Virus record (IMG/VR): IMGVR_UViG_3300037479_000484 | Location: 1 to 37,313 of that record | Length of the DNA stretch: 37,313 nt | Source: a virus | Lineage: Duplodnaviria > Caudoviricetes | Direction: 5' to 3' (one strand) | Shown here: one piece after another, positions 34,548-37,313 of the stretch | Position numbering within the stretch: position 1 is the first letter of the stretch | Layout of the letters: every line of letters starts with the position of its first letter | The notes under the pieces: model-generated | Told to the model about the DNA's origin: nothing | Database searches by the model: none | The model's input: only the letters and a program-made list of their open reading frames with translations | Made by a program: the position numbers and the translations under genes

Positions 34548-35276
34548 ATGAGAAAAGCTTATAGAAACGGATTAGTAATTTTAAGTGGCGGACAAGATTC
34601 GACCACTTGCGCGGTTCAAGCCCAACTTGAATGCGAACGAGTATGCGGAGTAACGTTTAACTACGGACAACGCCACCAGTTAGAGCTAGAGGCGGCAATT
34701 GCGATCGCGTCGGAGTTAAAGCTAGACCAATACGAGGTCATTAACCTGCCAAAAGGTATATTGCAAAGCGTATCCCCATTAGTCAGTCAGAATACAGTAG
34801 AAACTTACGGGAGCGCCGAACAGTTACCTTCAGGGATAGCTAATACCTTTATTCCTTGTCGCAATCTACTATTTCTAACTATCGCTGCCAATCGCGCCGC
34901 ACAATGGGACTGCGAAATTATTTATACCGGAGTCAATCAAACCGATTATTCAGGTTATCCCGATTGTAGAAAACCGTTTATCGATCGCGCTATGGCGGCA
35001 ATCAATCAAGCAATAAGGGGCGAGGATTTTGGGTTAGATATCGCCGCACCTTTATTGTTTTACTCAAAAGCGCAAACCGTTCGTTTAGCCTACGATATTT
35101 TAGGGGCTGAACGATTCGATGAGGTTTTCTCTCAAACCCATACTTGTTACAATAACGTGCGCGGCGGCTGCGGAAAATGTGCCGCTTGTTTGTTGAGAGA
35201 TAAAGGATTCAAGGAAGCAGGAATAGACGATCCGATTTGGCAATATCGTATTGATTCGCCTTCTTTAGTATCGTGA
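34548..35276 (+). CDS. queC: 7-cyano-7-deazaguanine (preQ0) synthase
   Basis: SGGQDS, YGQRH, PCRN, YPDCR, TCY...CGKCAAC. Confidence 0.95.
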   Translation: MRKAYRNGLVILSGGQDSTTCAVQAQLECERVCGVTFNYGQRHQLELEAAIAIASELKLDQYEVINLPKGILQSVSPLVSQNTVETYGSAEQLPSGIANTFIPCRNLLFLTIAANRAAQWDCEIIYTGVNQTDYSGYPDCRKPFIDRAMAAINQAIRGEDFGLDIAAPLLFYSKAQTVRLAYDILGAERFDEVFSQTHTCYNNVRGGCGKCAACLLRDKGFKEAGIDDPIWQYRIDSPSLVS

Positions 35277-36223
35277 AAATTTATTTAACTGATACAAGCG
35301 GCGATCGAGGGCAGTCCTACCTGTTATTCGAGCAAGTGACATTCAACCATTTAATTAGTTTTGCCTACTATCAAAAACAAGAAAAAAGCTTCGCGAAAAT
35401 CTGGCATAAAATCGATGAAATGAGGTTGTATTTTACTCATTCAGGTAGCGATAAATTACCGAACGGAGACAGTATTAGAACGTTGCTACCTCCTAATAAC
35501 TTAATGAGTTACGCTCACAATTCGTCAAGTAACGAGGGGTTATGGGCGCAATTATGGAGTCAAAAAATCCCTAATGTTATTGTCGATTCTGGCGCATTTA
35601 CTGCTTATACAACTGGGAAAATCATCAATCCTAAAGATTATGCTCGTTGGGCATTAGATTTTAAGAAGCGATGGGAACATAAAATGGCATCTTTGCACTT
35701 TATGAACTTAGATGTCATCGGCGATCAAGATGCGTCTTGGAAGAATCAGAAAGTCTTAGAAGCGATGGGGTTAAATCCGATTCCTATCGTTACGTTTGGT
35801 GCGGACAAAAGTCATTTAATTCGAGCGATAGAAAATTACGATTACGCAGCGTTGGGCGGATTAGTTCCTTATGTTTTTCAACCTAAAAAACTCGATACTT
35901 GGTTGGGATACTGCTTTAGTATTATCGTTTCTCATTATCAAAAAACGGGGATAATGCCAAAGATTCATCTACTCGGCATTACAACCGAACAATATTTATT
36001 AAAATACCCTTGTTACAGTTCGGACTCGTCTAGCTGGGTGCAGTGTTTGAGGTTTGGCAGGGCGAATAATGCGGGGATAAAAAAGATACCGAGTTATACA
36101 GTTTCGGATAGTGCTAAAGCGGCGACAGTTCACGCACTAAAAAAGAACATTCAAGCACTGCAAACGATAGAAGAAAAAGCAACTAAGCTTTGGAAGAATA
36201 GGGGGATAGTTTGGGATGAGTAG
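35273..36223 (+). CDS. TGT-fold (DpdA-like) guanine transglycosylase candidate
   Basis: VDSGAF, NLDVIG, ALGGLV, IHLLG and SSDSSSW motifs; coupled to queC. Confidence 0.75.
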   Translation: MKIYLTDTSGDRGQSYLLFEQVTFNHLISFAYYQKQEKSFAKIWHKIDEMRLYFTHSGSDKLPNGDSIRTLLPPNNLMSYAHNSSSNEGLWAQLWSQKIPNVIVDSGAFTAYTTGKIINPKDYARWALDFKKRWEHKMASLHFMNLDVIGDQDASWKNQKVLEAMGLNPIPIVTFGADKSHLIRAIENYDYAALGGLVPYVFQPKKLDTWLGYCFSIIVSHYQKTGIMPKIHLLGITTEQYLLKYPCYSSDSSSWVQCLRFGRANNAGIKKIPSYTVSDSAKAATVHALKKNIQALQTIEEKATKLWKNRGIVWDE

Positions 36224-36635
36224 ACCTGTAGCTGCGTTAGTCGCTTGCTGCAAACAAAAGAAGAATTATCCGACGGAAGCAATAGAGTTATATTGCTCTC
36301 CCTTGTTTAAAAAGTCTGTAGAGTATGCCAAATCGTTCGGGTTGCCGATTTATATTTTGTCTGCCAAGTATGGGTTAATTTCGGCATCGAGAACGATCGC
36401 GCCTTACGATTTGACGTTAAACAAAATGACGGCATCCGAAAAGAAAGACTGGGCAGTTAAGGTCGCCAGTCAGATTAAAGAGCAATTCGGAAATAACACT
36501 TTATTATGCTTGGCAGGAGAAAATTATTTAAAAGCATTTGATTATTGTGAAAACGATATTATTAATCCGTTAGCATCGAAAGGTTTAGGAGAGCGGCTGC
36601 AATGGCTAGAACGACGGTTGAAAAGTACCAAGTAG
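36216..36635 (+). CDS. DUF6884-like protein
   Basis: LVACCKQK...AIELYCSPLF...YILSAKYGL...PYDLTL. Confidence 0.7.
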   Translation: MSRPVAALVACCKQKKNYPTEAIELYCSPLFKKSVEYAKSFGLPIYILSAKYGLISASRTIAPYDLTLNKMTASEKKDWAVKVASQIKEQFGNNTLLCLAGENYLKAFDYCENDIINPLASKGLGERLQWLERRLKSTK

Positions 36636-37192
36636 AAAGAGGGGTCAAAGTAGAGCGGGGCAAGTTGCATCCGAACCAGTGGAATCCCAATAAGACGACG
36701 CAAAGACAACAAGAAGCGATCGCAGAATCTCTATCAACCTTCGGACAGCTAATCGAAATTGTTGTTAGACCCCATCCGACCATTAAGGAGGAATACGAGG
36801 TCATCGACGGGGAGCATAGGTTACAGGAACTTTCCGAGACTGTTTATGTTAACGTCATACACGGGTTATCCGATGCAGAAGCAAAAAAATTAACGATTAT
36901 CTTTAACGAAACGAGAGGGGAAGCAGACAAGATAGAACTGGCGGGGTTGCTTGCCGATATCGCGACTGAATTTGAGTCTCTAGATACCCTTCAAGTAGGG
37001 TTGCCTTACGATTTACCCGAACTAGAAGAACTAATTAAACTATCCGAGTTCGACTGGAGCAACTTTAACACAGACGTTCCGCCGTCGTCTGACGACGAAG
37101 AACGAGACGACGGATATATTACAATCGTTGCCAAAATTCCACCCGATGTTAACGAAAAGTTGCGTCAAGCACACAACTTGGTTAAAGTGTAA
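36602..37192 (+). CDS. ParB/Srx N-terminal domain protein
   Basis: PNQWNPN...FG..EIVVR...VIDGEHR. Confidence 0.8.
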   Translation: MARTTVEKYQVERGVKVERGKLHPNQWNPNKTTQRQQEAIAESLSTFGQLIEIVVRPHPTIKEEYEVIDGEHRLQELSETVYVNVIHGLSDAEAKKLTIIFNETRGEADKIELAGLLADIATEFESLDTLQVGLPYDLPELEELIKLSEFDWSNFNTDVPPSSDDEERDDGYITIVAKIPPDVNEKLRQAHNLVKV

Positions 37193-37221
37193 TGGATCAG
37201 ACTTAAGCTGACAAATAAGAG

Positions 37222-37311
37222 TTAACTGACAGTAAAAAGTTGTCGGATTGTGGTTGTTTTTGTTTCCTCCTTTTCTTCCTGCTCAAATTGTAGTTCAATT
37301 ATTTTTTCGAG
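37222..37311 (-). CDS. Possible 3' end of a gene entering from the right edge
   Basis: Open frame LEKIIELQFEQEEKEE...VS* reaching the window edge. Confidence 0.3.
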   Translation of the reverse strand, partial: LEKIIELQFEQEEKEETKTTTIRQLFTVS

Positions 37312-37313
37312 AG

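Larger units (their letters stand above)
1115..37192. mobile_element. Prophage (non-contractile-tail type gene set) of a HIP1-rich cyanobacterium; boundaries not visible
   Basis: Terminase-portal-protease-capsid-adaptor-tail-tape measure order; no sheath, integrase or att site recognized in the window. Confidence 0.9.

Noticed and set aside
1-37313. tRNA/rRNA genes, integrase, att sites, endolysin, tail sheath
   Set aside because: None recognized by eye; they may lie outside the window or be too divergent to spot.

Overview
Head, tail and packaging region of a cyanobacterial tailed prophage. The cyanobacterial HIP1 octamer GCGATCGC occurs roughly 40+ times by eye. The structural genes run on the minus strand: terminase small and large subunits, portal, thyX, minor head protein, prohead protease, major capsid, adaptor, tail genes and tape measure. 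Many plus-strand accessory cassettes interrupt them. The left edge is the end of an IS630-like element. The right end holds a 7-deazaguanine cluster (queE-queD-folE-queC, a TGT/DpdA-like gene, DUF6884-like, ParB-like). The most striking feature lies between the protease and capsid genes: a lone Cas7/RAMP-like gene (21828-22421) flanked by two 5-nt-periodic arrays of fixed C(T/G)C triplets alternating with variable dinucleotides. The upstream array's dinucleotides match the gene's own promoter region 12/12 when every third target base is skipped. This suggests a VIPR-like, non-contiguous RNA-guided system with a CTC/CGC code and autoregulation. There are also signs of decay: gene junctions at HIP1 sites and a homopolymer frameshift in terS. 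All product calls come from motif recognition and gene order by eye, not database searches.
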